Assembly: GCA_964016885.1 (NCBI GenBank) | Contig: OZ024740.1 | Coordinates: forward strand, 40,114,001-40,178,000 | DNA from: Eledone cirrhosa | Taxonomy: Eukaryota | DNA: 64,000 bases | Direction of reading: 5' to 3' | In this document: one piece after another, positions 39,901 through 57,900 of the stretch | Numbering within the stretch: position 1 is the stretch's first letter | Layout of the letters: every line of letters begins with the position of its first letter | The notes under the pieces: model-generated | Seen by the model: only the letters and a program-made list of their open reading frames with translations | The model's database searches: none | What the model was told of the DNA's origin: nothing | Position numbers and translations under genes: made by a program

Positions 39901-42900
39901 AGTTACTGACACATTACAATACACAGTTATTGACACAATACAATACACAATTACTGACACATTATAATACAATACAAAGTTACTGACACATTAGAATACA
40001 ATACACAGTTACTGACACATTACAATATAATACATAGTTATTGAAACAGAATACAATACACAGTTATTGACATTACAATACAATACACAGTTATTGACAC
40101 ATTACAATACAATACACAGTTACTGACATATTACAATACACAGTTACTGACACATTAGAATACAATACACAGTTATTGACACATTACAATACAATACACA
40201 GTTATTGACACATTACAATACAATACACAGTTACTGACACATTAGAATACAATATACAGTTATTGACACATTACAATACAATACACAGTTATTGACACAT
40301 TACAATACACAGTTATTGACACATGACAATACAATACACAGTTACTGACACATTACAATACAATACACAGTTATTGACACATTACAATACAATACACAGT
40401 TACTGACACATTAGAATACAATACACAGTTATTGACACATTACAATACAATACACAGTTATTGACACATTACAATACAATACACAGTTATTGACACATTA
40501 CAATACAATACAATACACAGTTATTGACACATTACAATACAATACACAGTTACTGACACATTAGAATACAATACACAGTTATTGACACATTACAATACAA
40601 TACACAGTTACTGACACATTACAATACAATACACAGTTATTGACACATTACAATACAATACACAGTTACTGACACATTAGAATACAATACACAGTTACTG
40701 ACACATTACAATACACAGTTATTGACACATTACAATACAATACACAGTTACTGACACATTACAATACAATACACAGTTACTGACACATTACAATACAATA
40801 CACAGTTATTGACACATTACAATACAATACACAGTTACTGACACATTAGAATACAATACACAGTTATTGACACATTACAATACAATACACAGTTACTGAC
40901 ACATTACAATACAATACACAGTTATTGACACATTAGAATACAATACACAGTTATTGACACATTACAATACAATACACAGTTACTGACACATTACAATACA
41001 ATACACAGTTATTGACACATTACAATACAATACACAGTTACTGACACATTACAATACAATACACAGTTATTGACACATTACAATACAATACACAGTTATT
41101 GACACATTACAATACAATACACAGTTATTGACACATTACAATACACAGTTATTGACACATGACAATACAATACACAGTTACTGACACATTACAATACAAT
41201 ACACAGTTATTGACACATTACAATACAATACACAGTTATTGACACATTACAATACACAGTTACTGACACATTACAATACAATACACAGTTATTGACACAT
41301 TACAATACAATACACAGTTACTGACACATTACAATACACAGTTATTGACACATTACAATACAATACACAGTTATTGACACATTACAATACACAGTTACTG
41401 ACACATTACAATACAATACACAGTTATTGACACATTACAATACAATACACAGTTACTGACACATTACAATACAATACACAGTTATTGACACATTACAATA
41501 CACAGTTATTGACACATTACAATACACAGTTACTGACACATTACAATACAATACACAGTTACTGACACATTACAATACAATACACAGTTATTGACACATT
41601 ACAATAAATACACAGCTAGTGACACATTACAATACAATACACAGTTACTGACACATTACAATAAATACACAGCTAGTGACACATTACAATACAATACACA
41701 GTTACTGACACATTACAATACAATACACAGTTATTGACACATTAGAATACAATACACAGTTATTGACACAATACAATACACAGTTACTGACACATTACAA
41801 TACAATACACAGTTATTGACACATTACAATACAATACACAGTTATTGACACATTACAATACAATACACAGTTATTGACACAATACAATACACAGTTACTG
41901 ACACATTACAATACAATACACAGTTATTGACACATTAGAATACAATACACAGTTATTGACACATTACAATACAATACACAGTTATTGACACAATACAATA
42001 CACAGTTACTGACACATTACAATACAATACACAGTTACTGACACATTACAATACAATACACAGTTACTGACACATTACAATACAATACACAGTTACTGAC
42101 ACATTACAATACAATACACAGTTATTGACACATTACAATAAATACACAGCTAGTGACACATTACAATACAACACACAGTTATTGACACATTACAATACAA
42201 TACACAGTTATTGACACATTACAATACAATACACAGTTATTGACACAATACAATACAAACACAGTTACTGACACATTACAATACACAGTTATTGACACAT
42301 TAGAATACAATACACAGTTATTGACACATTACAATACGATACACAGTTATTGACACATTACAATACAATACACAGTTATTGACACATTAGAATACAATAC
42401 ACAGTTATTGACACATTACAATACGATACACAGTTATTGATACATTACAATACAACACACAGTTATTGACACATTACAATACAATACACAGTTACTGACA
42501 CATTACAATACAATACACAGTTACTGACACATTACAATACACAGTTATTGACACATTAAAATACAATACACAGTTACTGACACATTACAATACACAGTTA
42601 TTGACACAATACAATACACAATTACTGACACATTATAATACAATACAAAGTTACTGACACATTAGAATACAATACACAGTTACTGACACATTACAATATA
42701 ATACATAGTTATTGAAACAGAATACAATACACAGTTATTGACATTACAATACAATACACAGTTATTGACACATTACAATACAATACACAGTTACTGACAT
42801 ATTACAATACACAGTTACTGACACATTAGAATACAATACACAGTTATTGACACATTACAATACAATACACAGTTATTGACACATTACAATACAATACACA

Positions 42901-45900
42901 GTTACTGACACATTAGAATACAATATACAGTTATTGACACATTACAATACAATACACAGCTATTGAAACATTACAATACAATACACAGTTACTGAAACAA
43001 TACAATACACAGATACTGACACATTACAATACAATATACAGTTATTGACACATTACGATACAATACAATACACAGTTACTGACACATTAGAATACAATAC
43101 ACAGTTACTGACACATTAGAATACAATACACAGTTATTGACACATTACAATACACAGTTATTGACACATTACATTACAATACAATGTTACTGACACATTA
43201 CAATACAATACACAGTTATTGACACATTACAATACAATACACAGTTATTGACACATTACAATACAATACACAGTTACTGACACATTACAATACAATACAC
43301 AGTTACTGACACATTACAATACACAGTTACTGACACATTAGAATACAATACACAGTTATTGACACATTACAATACAATACACAGTTACTGACACATTACA
43401 ATACAATACACAGTTATTGACACATTACAATACAATACACAGTTACTGACACATTACAATACAATACACAGTTACTGACACATTAGAATACAATACACAG
43501 TTATTGACACATTACAATACAATACACAGTTATTGACACATTAGAATACAATACACAGTTATTGACACATTACAATACACAGTTATTGACACATTACAAT
43601 ACAATACACAGTTATTGACACATTACAATACAATACACAGTTATTGACAGATTACAATACAATACACAGTTATTGACACATTACAATACAATACACAGTT
43701 ACTGACACATTAGAATACAATACACAGTTATTGACAGATTACAATACAATACACAGTTACTGACACATTAGAATACAATACACAGTTATTGACACATTAC
43801 AATACAATACACAGTTATTGACACATTACAATACACAGTTATTGACACATTACAATACAATACACAGTTACTGACACATTACAATACAATACACAGTTAC
43901 TGACACACTACAATACAATACACAGTTATTGACACATTACAATACAATACACAGTTATTGACACAATACAATACAATACACAGTTACTGACACATTACAA
44001 TATAATACACAGTTATTGACACATTAGAATACAATACACTGTTATTGACACATTAGAATACAATACACAGTTATTGACACATTACAATACAATACAGAGT
44101 TATTGACACATTAGAATACAATACACAGTTATTGACACATTACAATACAATACACAGTTACTGACACATTACAATACAATACACAGTTATTGACACATTA
44201 GAATACAATACACAGTTACTGACATATTACAATACAATACACAGTTATTGACACATTACAATACAATACACAGTTATTGACACAATACAATACACAGTTA
44301 CTGACACATTAGAATACAATACACAGTTACTGACACATTACAATACAATACACAGTTATTGACACATTACAATACAATACACAGTTACTGACACATTAGA
44401 ATACAATACACAGTTATTGACACATTACAATACAATACACAGTTATTGACACATTACAATACAATACACAGTTACTGACACATTAGAATACAATACACAG
44501 TTATTGACACATTACAATACAATACACAGCTATTGAAACATTACAATACAATACACAGTTACTGAAACATTACAATACAATACACAGTTACTGACACATT
44601 ACAATACAATACACAGTTATTGACACATTACAATACACAGTTATTGAAACATTACGATACAATACAATACACAGTTACTGACACATTAGAATACAATACA
44701 CAGTTACTGACACATTAGAATACAATACACAGTTATTGACACATTACAATACACAGTTATTGACACATTACATTACAATACAATGTTACTGACACATTAC
44801 AATACAATACACAGTTATTGACACATTACAATACAATACACAGTTATTGACACATTACAATACAATACACAGTTACTGACACGTTACAATACAATACACA
44901 GTTACTGACACATTAGAATACAATACACAGTTATTGACACGTTACAATACAATACACAGTTATTGACACATTAGAATACAATACACAGTTATTGACACAT
45001 TACAATACAATACACAGTTATTGACACATTACAATACAATACACAGTTACTGACACATTACAATACAATACACAGTTACTGACACATTAGAATACAATAC
45101 ACAGTTATTGACACATTAGAGTACAATACAGTTATTGACACATTACAATACAATACAGTTATTGACACATTACAATACAATACACAGTTATTGACACATT
45201 ACAATAAATACACAGCTAGTGACACATTACAATACAACACACAGTTATTGACACATTACAATACAATACACAGTTATTGACACATTACAATACAATACAC
45301 AGTTATTGACACAATACAATACAAACACAGTTACTGACACATTACAATACAATACACAGTTATTGACACATTAGAATACAATACACAGTTATTGACACAT
45401 TACAATACGATACACAGTTATTGACACATTACAATACAATACACAGTTATTGACACATTACAATACAATACACAGTTACTGACACATTACAATACAATAC
45501 ACAGTTACTGACACATTACAATACACAGTTATTGACACATTAAAATACAATACACAGTTACTGACACATTACAATACACAGTTATTGACACAATACAATA
45601 CACAATTACTGACACATTATAATACAATACAATACACAGTTACTGACACATTAGAATACAATACACAGTTACTGACACATTACAATACAATACACAGTTA
45701 TTGAAACAGAATACAATACACAGTTATTGACATTACAATACAATACACAGTTATTGACACATTACAATACAATACACAGTTATTGACACATTACAATACA
45801 ATACACAGTTATTGACACAATACAATACACAGTTACTGACACATTAGAATACAATACACAGTTACTGACACACTAGAATACAATACACAGTTACTGACAC

Positions 45901-48900
45901 ATTAGAATACAATACACAGTTATTGACACATTACAATACAATACACAGTTACTGACACATTAGAATACAATACACAGTTATTGACACATTACATTACAAT
46001 ACAATGTTACTGACACATTACAATACAATACACAGTTATTGACACATTACAATACAATACACAGTTATTGACACATTACAATACAATACACAGTTACTGA
46101 CACATTACAATACAATACACAGTTACTGACACATTACAATACACAGTTACTGACACATTAGAAGACAATACACAGTTATTGACACATTACAATACAATAC
46201 ACAGTTACTGACACATTACAATGCAATACACAGTTATTGACACATTACAATACAATACACAGTTACTGACACATTACAATACAATACACAGTTATTGACA
46301 CATTACAATACAATACACAGTTATTGACACATTACAATACCATACACTGCTACTGACACATTAGAATACAATACACAGTTATTGACACATTACAATACAA
46401 TACACAGTTATTGACACATTACAATACAATACACAGTTATTGACACGTTACAATACAATACACAGTTACTGACACATTACAATACAATACACAGTTACTG
46501 ACACATTAGAATACAATACACAGTTATTGACACATTAGAGTACAATACAGTTATTGACACATTACAATACAATACAGTTATTGACACATTACAATACAAT
46601 ACACAGTTATTGACACATTACAATACAATACACAGTTATTGACACATTACAATACAATACACAGTTACTGACACATTAGAATACAATACACAGTTATTGA
46701 CACATTACAATACAATACACAGTTATTGACACATTACAATACAATACACAGTTACTGACACATTACAATACAATACAGAGTTACTGACACACTACAATAC
46801 AATACACAGTTATTGACACATTACAATACAATACACAGTTATTGACACAATACAATACAATACACAGTTACTGACACGTTACAATATAATACACAGTTAT
46901 TGACACATTAGAATACAATACACAGTTATTGACACATTAGAATACAATACACAGTTATTGACACATTACAATACAATACACAGTTATTGACACATTAGAA
47001 TACAATACACAGTTATTGACACATTACAATACACAGTTATTGACACAATACAATACACAATTACTGACACATTACAATACAATACACAGTTACTGACACA
47101 GAATACAATACACAGTTATTGACACATTACAATACAATACACAGTTATTGACCCATTACAATACAATACACAGTTATTGACACATTAGAATACAATACAC
47201 AGTTACTGACACATTACAATACACAGTTATTGATACTTTACAATACAATACACAGTTATTGACACATTACAATACCATACACTGTTACTGACACATTAGA
47301 ATACAATACACAGTTATTGACACATTACAATACAATACACAGTTATTGACACATTACAATAGAATACACAGTTATTGACACATTACAATACAATACACAG
47401 TTACTGACACATTACAATACACAGTTATTGACACATTACAATACAATAGAGTTATTGACACGTTAGAATACAATACACAGTTACTGACACATTACAATAC
47501 ACAGTTACTGACACGTTACAATACAATACACAGTTATTGACACATTACAATACAATACCATACACATTTACCGACACATTACAATACACAGTCACTGACA
47601 CATTACAATACAATACACAGTTATTGACACATTACAATACAATACACAGTTATTGACACATTACAATACAATACACAGTTACTGACACATTACAATACAA
47701 TACACAGTTATTGACACATTAGAATACAATACACAGTTACTGACACATTACAATACAATACACAGTTATTGACACATTACAATACAATACACAGTTATTG
47801 ACACAATACAATACACAGTTACTGACACATTAGAATACAATACACAGTTATTGACACAATACAATACACAGTTACTGACACATTAGAATACAATACACAG
47901 TTACTGACACATTAGAATACAATACACAGTTATTAACACATTAGAATACAATACACAGTTACTGACACATTAGAATACAATACACAGTTATTGACACATT
48001 ACATTACAATACAATGTTACTGACACATTACAATACAATACACAGTTATTGACACATTACAATACAATACTCAGTTATTGACACATTACAATACAATACA
48101 CAGTTATTGACACAATGCAATACAATACACAGTTACTGACACATTAGAATACAATACACAGTTATTGACACATTACAATACACAGTTATTGACACATTAG
48201 ATTAAAATACAATGTTACTGACACATTACAATACAATACACAGTTATTGACACATTACAATACAATACACAGTTATTGACACATTACAATACAATACACA
48301 GTTATTGACACAATACAATACAATACACAGTTACTGACACATTACAATACACAGTTATTGACACATTACAATACAATGTTACTGACACATTACAATACAA
48401 TACACAGTTATTGACACATTACAAAACAATACACAGTTATTGACACATTACAATACAATACACAGTTATTGACACAATACAATACAATACACAGTTACTG
48501 ACACATTAGAATACAATACACAGTTATTGACACATTACAATACACAGTTATTGACACATTACATTACAATACAATGTTACTGACACATTACAATACAATA
48601 CACAATTATTGACACATTACAATACAATACACAGTTATTGACACAATACAATACAATACACAGTTACTGACACATTACAATACACAGTTATTGACACATT
48701 ACAATACAATGTTACTGACACATTACAATACAATACACAGTTATTGACACATTACAGTACAATACACAATTATTGACACATTACAATACAATACACAGTT
48801 ATTGACACATTAGAATACAATACACAGTTACTGACACATTAGAATACAATACACAGTTACTGACACATTACAATACAATACACAATTATTGACATGTTAC

Positions 48901-51900
48901 AATACAATGCACAGTCACTGACACATTAGAATACAATACACAGTTATTGACACATTACAATACAATACACATTTACTGACACATTAGAATACAATACACA
49001 GTTATTGACACATTACAATACAATACACAGTTACTGACACATTAGAATACAATACACAGTTATTGACACATTACAATACAATACACAGTTACTGACACGT
49101 TACAATACAATACACAGTTATTGACACATTACAATATAATACACAGTTATTGACACATTACAATACAATACACAGTTACTGACACATTAGAATACAATAC
49201 ACAGTTATTGACACATTACAATACAATACACAGTTATTGACACATTACAATACAATACACAGTTACTGACACATTAGAATACAATACACAGTTATTGACA
49301 CATTACAATACAATACACAGTTATTGACACATTACAATACAATGCACAATTATTGACACATTACAATACAATACACAGTTACTGACACATTACAATACAA
49401 TACACAGTTATTGACACATTACAATACAATACACAGTTACTGACACATTACAATACAATACACAGTTATTGACACATTACAATACAATACACAGTTACTG
49501 ACACATTACAATACAATACACAGTTATTGACACATTACAATACAATACACAGTTACTGACACATTACAATACAATACACAGTTATTGACACTTTACAATA
49601 CAATACACAGTTACTGACACGTTAGAATACAATACACAGTTATTGACACATTACAATACAATACACAGTTATTGACACATTACAATACAATACACAGTTA
49701 TTGACACATTACAATACAATACACTGTTACTGACACGTTAGAATACAATACACAGTTATTGACACATTACAATACAATACACAGTTATTGACACAATACA
49801 ATACACAGTTATTGACACATTACGATACAATACAATACACAGTTACTGACACATTAGAATACAATACACAGTTATTGACACATTACATTACAATACAATG
49901 TTACTGACACATTACAATACAATACACAGTTATTGACACGTTACAATACAATACACAGTTATTGACACATTACAATACAATACACAGTTATTGACACATT
50001 ACAATACAATACACAGTTACTGAAACATTACAATACAATACACAGATACTGACACATTACAATACAATACACAGTTATTGACACATTACAATACAATACA
50101 CAGTTATTGACACATTACAATACAATACACAGTTATTGACACATTACGATACAATACAATACACAGTTACTGACACATTAGAATACAATACACAGTTACT
50201 GACACATTAGAATACAATACACAGTTACTGACACATTAGAATACAATACACAGTTACTAAAACATTACAATACAATACACGGTTATTGACACATTACAAT
50301 ACAATACACAGTTATTGACACATTACAATACAATACACAGATACTGACACATTACAATACAATACACAGTTATTGACACATTACAATACAATACACAGTT
50401 ACTGACACATTACAATACAATACACAGTTATTGACACTTTACAATACAATACACAGTTACTGACACGTTAGAATACAATACACAGTTATTGACACATTAC
50501 AATACAATACACAGTTATTGACACATTACAATACAATACACAGTTATTGACACATTACAATACAATACACTGTTACTGACACGTTAGAATACAATACACA
50601 GTTATTGACACATTACAATACAATACACAGTTATTGACACAATACAATACACAGTTATTGACACATTACGATACAATACAATACACAGTTACTGACACAT
50701 TAGAATACAATACACAGTTATTGACACATTACATTACAATACAATGTTACTGACACATTACAATACAATACACAGTTATTGACACGTTACAATACAATAC
50801 ACAGTTATTGACACATTACAATACAATACACAGTTATTGACACATTACAATACAATACACAGTTACTGAAACATTACAATACAATACACAGATACTGACA
50901 CATTACAATACAATACACAGTTATTGACACATTACAATACAATACACAGTTATTGACACATTACAATACAATACACAGTTATTGACACATTACGATACAA
51001 TACAATACACAGTTACTGACACATTAGAATACAATACACAGTTACTGACACATTAGAATACAATACACAGTTACTGACACATTAGAATACAATACACAGT
51101 TACTAAAACATTACAATACAATACACGGTTATTGACACATTACAATACAATACACAGTTATTGACACATTACAATACAATACACAGATACTGACACATTA
51201 CAATACAATACACAGTTATTGACACATTACAATACAATACACAGTTATTGACACATTACAATACAATACACAGTTATTGACACATTACGATACAATACAA
51301 TACACAGTTACTGTCACATTAGAATACGATACACAGTTATTGACACATTAGAATACAATACACAGTTATTGACACATTACATTACAATACAATGTTACTG
51401 ACACATTACAATACAATACACAGTTATTGACACATTACAATACAATACACAGTTATTGACACATTACAATACAATACACAGTTATTGACACATTACAATA
51501 CAATACACAGTTACTGAAACATTACAATACAATACACAGATACTGACACATTACAATACAATACACAGTTATTGACACATTACAATACAATACACAGTTA
51601 TTGACACATTACAATACAATACACAGTTATTGACACATTACGATACAATACAATATACAGTTACTGACACATTAGAATACAATACACAGTTACTGACACA
51701 TTAGAATACAATACACAGTTATTGACACATTACAATACACAGTTATTGACACATTACATTACAATACAATGTTACTGACACATTACGATACAATACACAG
51801 TTACTGACACATTAAAATACAATACACAGTTACTGACACATTACAATACAATACACAGTTATTGACACATTACAATACAATACACAGTTATTGACACATT

Positions 51901-54900
51901 AGAATACAATACACAGTTATTGACACATTAGAATACAATACACAGTTATTGACACATTACAATACACAGTTATTGACACATGACAATACAATACACAGTT
52001 ACTGACACATTACAATACAATACACATTACAATACAATACACAGTTATTGACACATTACAATAAATACACAGCTAGTGACACATTACAATACAATACACA
52101 GTTATTGACACAATACAATACACAGTTATTGACACATTACAATACAATACACAGTTATTGACACATTAGAATACAATACACAGTTATTGACACAATACAA
52201 TACACAGTTACTGACACATTACAATACAATACACAGTTACTGACACATTACAATACAATACACAGTTACTGACACATTACAATACAATACACAGTTACTG
52301 ACACATTACAATACAATACACAGTTATTGACACATTACAATAAATACACAGCTAGTGACACATTACAATACAACACACAGTTATTGACACATTACAATAC
52401 AACACACAGTTATTGACACATTACAATACAATACACAGTTATTGACACATTACAATACAATACACAGTTATTGACACAATACAATACAAACACAGTTACT
52501 GACACATTACAATACACAGTTATTGACACATTAGAATACAATACACAGTTATTGACACATTACAATACGATACACAGTTATTGACACATTACAATACAAT
52601 ACACAGTTATTGACACATTAGAATACAATACACAGTTATTGACACATTACAATACGATACACAGTTATTGATACATTACAATACAACACATAGTTATTGA
52701 CACATTACAATACAATACACAGTTACTGACACATTACAATACAATACACAGTTACTGACACATTACAATACAATACACAGTTACTGACACATTACAATAC
52801 ACAGTTATTGACACATTAAAATACAATACACAGTTACTGACACATTACAATACACAGTTATTGACACATTACAATAAAATACACAGTTATTGACACATTA
52901 CAATACAATACACAGTTACTGACACATTACAATACAATACACAGTTACTGACACATTACAATACACAGTTACTGACACATTAGAAGACAATACACAGTTA
53001 TTGACACATTACAATACAATACACAGTTACTGACACATTACAATACAATACACAGTTATTGACACATTACAATACAATACACAGTTACTGACACATTACA
53101 ATACAATACACAGTTATTGACACATTACAATACAATACACAGTTATTGACACATTACAATACAATACACAGTTACTGAAACATTACAATACAATACACAG
53201 ATACTGACACATTACAATACAATACACAGTTATTGACACATTACAATACAATACACAGTTATTGACACATTACAATACAATACACAGTTACTGACACATT
53301 AGAATACAATACACAGTTACTGACACATTACAATACAATACACAGTTATTGACACGTTACAATACAATACACAGTTACTGACACATTACAATACAATTCA
53401 CAGTTACTGACACATTAGAATACAATACACAGTTATTGACACATTACAATATAATACAGTTACTGACACATTACAATACAATACACAGTTATTGACACAT
53501 TACAATACAATACACATTTACTGACACATTAGAATACAATACACAGTTATTGACACATTACAATACAATACATAGTTATTGACACGTTAGAATACAATAC
53601 ACAGTTATTGACACATTACAATACAATACACAGTTACTGACACATTAGAATACAATACACAGTTATTGACACATTACAATACAATACACAGCTATTGAAA
53701 CATTACCATACAATACACATTTATTGACACAATACAATACACAGTTATTGACACATTACGATACAATACAATACACAGTTACTGACACATTAGAATACAA
53801 TACACAGTTACTGACACATTAGAATACAATACACAGTTATTGACACATTACAATACACAGTTATTGACACATTACATTACAATACAATGTTACTGACACA
53901 TTACAATACAATACACAGTTATTGACACATTACAATACACAGTTATTGACACATTACAATACAATACACAGTTACTGACACATTAGAATACGATACACAG
54001 TTATTGACACATTACAATACAATACACAGTTACTGACACATTACAATACGATACACAGTTATTGACACATTACAATACAATACACAGTTACTGACACATT
54101 ACAATACAATACACAGTTATTGACACATTACAATACAATACACAGTTATTGACACATTACAATACCATACACTGTTACTGACACATTAGAATACAATACA
54201 CAGTTATTGACACATTACAATACAATACACAGTTATTGACACATTACAATAGAATACACAGTTATTGATACATTACAATAAAATACACAGTTACTGACAC
54301 ATTACAATACACAGTTATTGACACATTACAATACAATACAGTTATTGACACATTAGAATACAATACACAGTTACTGACACATTACAATACACAGTTACTG
54401 ACACGTTAGAATACAATACACAGTTATTGACACATTACAATACAATACCATACACAGTTACCGACACATTACAATACAATACACAGTTATTGACACATTA
54501 CAATACAATACACAGTTATTGACACATTACAATACTATACACAGTTACTGACACATTACAATACAAAGTTATTGACACATTACAATACAATACACAGTTA
54601 TTGACACATTACAATGCAATACAATACACAGTTACTGCCACATTACAATACAATACACAGTTACTGACACATTACAATACAATACACAGTTATTGACACA
54701 TTACAATACAATACACAGTTACTGACACATTACAATACAATACACAGTTATTGACACATTACAATACAATACACAGTTACTGACACATTACAATACAATA
54801 CACAGTTATTGACACATTACAATACAATACACAGTTATTGACACATTACAATACCATACACTGTTACTGACACATTAGAATACAATACACAGTTATTGAC

Positions 54901-57900
54901 ACATTACAATACAATACACAGTTATTGACACATTACAATAAAATACACAGTTATTGACACATTACAATACAATACACAGTTATTGACACATTACAATACA
55001 ATACACAGTTACTGACACATTACAATACAATACACAGTTACTGACACATTAGAATACAATACACAGTTATTGACACATTAGAGTACAATACAGTTATTGA
55101 CACATTACAATACAATACAGTTATTGACACATTACAATACAATACAATACACAGTTATTGACACATTACAATACAATACACAGTTATTGACACATTACAA
55201 TACAATACACAGTTACTGACACATTAGAATACAATACACAGTTATTGACACATTACAATACAATACACAGTTACTGACACATTAGAATACAATACACAGT
55301 TATTGACACATTACAATACAGTACACAGTTATTGACACATTACAATACACAGTTATTGACACATTACAATACAATACACAGTTACTGACACATTACAATA
55401 CAATACACAGTTACTGACACACTACAATACAATACACAGTTATTGACACATTACAATACAATACACAGTTATTGACAATACAATAAACAGTTACTGACAC
55501 ATTACAATATAATACACAGTTATTGACACATTAGAATACAATACACAGTTATTGACACATTAGAATACAATAAACAGTTATTGACACATTACAATACAAT
55601 ACACAGTTATTGACACATTACAATACAATACACAGTTATTGACACATTAGAATACAATACACAGTTATTGACACATTACAATACACAGTTATTGACACAT
55701 TACAATACACAGTTATTGACACAATACAATACACAATTACTGACACATTACAATACAATACACAGTTACTGACACATTAGAATACAATACACAGTTATTG
55801 ACACATTACAATACAATACACAGTTATTGACCCATTACAATACAATACACAGTTATTGACATTAGAATACAATACACAGTTACTGACACATTACAATATA
55901 ATACACAGTTATTGACACTTTACAATACAATACACAGTTATTGACACATTACAATACCATACACTGTTACTGACACATTAGAATACAATACACAGTTATT
56001 GACACATTACAATAGAATACACAGTTATTGACACATTACAATAGAATACACAGTTATTGACACATTACAATACAATACACAGTTACTGACACATTACAAT
56101 ACACAGTTACTGACACGTTACAATACAATACACAGTTATTGACACATTAGAATACAATACACAGTTATTGACACATTACAATACAATACCATACACAGTT
56201 ACCGACACATTACAATACACAGTCACTGACACATTACAATACAATACACAGTTATTGACCCATTACAATACAATACACAGTTATTGACACATTACAATAC
56301 AATACACAGTTACTGACACATTACAATACAATACACAGTTATTGACACATTACAATACAATACACAGTTATTGACACATTAGAATACAATACACAGTTAC
56401 TGACACATTACAATACACAGTTATTGAGACATTACAATACAATACAGTTATTGACACATTAGAATACAATACACAGTTACTGACACATTAAAATACACAG
56501 TTACTGACACGTTACAATACAATACACAGTTATTGACAAATTACAATACAATACCATACACAGTTACCGACACATTACAATACACAGTCACTGACACATT
56601 ACAATACAATACACAGTTATTGACCCATTGCAATACAATACACAGTTATTGACATTACAATACAATACACAGTTATTGACACGTTACAATACAATACACA
56701 GTTACTGACACATTACAATACAATACACAGTTATTGACACATTAGAATACAATACACAGTTACTGACACATTACAATACAATACACAGTTATTGACACAT
56801 TACAATACAATACACAGTTATTGACACATTACAATACAATACACAGTTATTGACACGTTACAATACAATACACAGTTATTGACACATTACAATACAATAC
56901 ACATTTACTGACACATTAGAATACAATACACAGTTACTGACACATTACAATACACAGTTATTGACACGTTACAATACAATTCACAGTTACTGACACATTA
57001 CAATACAATACACAGTTATTGACACATTACAATACAATACACAGTTACTGACACATTACAATACAATACACAGTTATTGACACATTACAATACAATACAC
57101 AGTTATTGACACATTACAATACAATACACAGTTACTGAAACATTACAATACAATACACAGATACTGACACATTACAATACAATACACAGTTATTGACACA
57201 TTACAATACAATACACAGTTATTGACACATTACAATACAATACACAGTTACTGACACATTAGAATACAATACACAGTTACTGACACATTACAATACAATA
57301 CACAGTTATTGACACGTTACAATACAATACACAGTTACTGACACATTACAATACAATTCACAGTTACTGACACATTAGAATACAATACACAGTTATTGAC
57401 ACATTACAATATAATACAGTTACTGACACATTACAATACAATACACAGTTATTGACACATTACAATACAATACACATTTACTGACACATTAGAATACAAT
57501 ACACAGTTATTGACACATTACAATACAATACATAGTTATTGACACGTTAGAATACAATACACAGTTATTGACACATTACAATACAATACACAGTTACTGA
57601 CACATTAGAATACAATACACAGTTATTGACACATTACAATACAATACACAGCTATTGAAACATTACCATACAATACACATTTATTGACACAATACAATAC
57701 ACAGTTATTGACACATTACGATACAATACAATACACAGTTACTGACACATTAGAATACAATACACAGTTACTGACACATTAGAATACAATACACAGTTAT
57801 TGACACATTACAATACACAGTTATTGACACATTACATTACAATACAATGTTACTGACACATTACAATACAATACACAGTTATTGACACATTACAATACAC

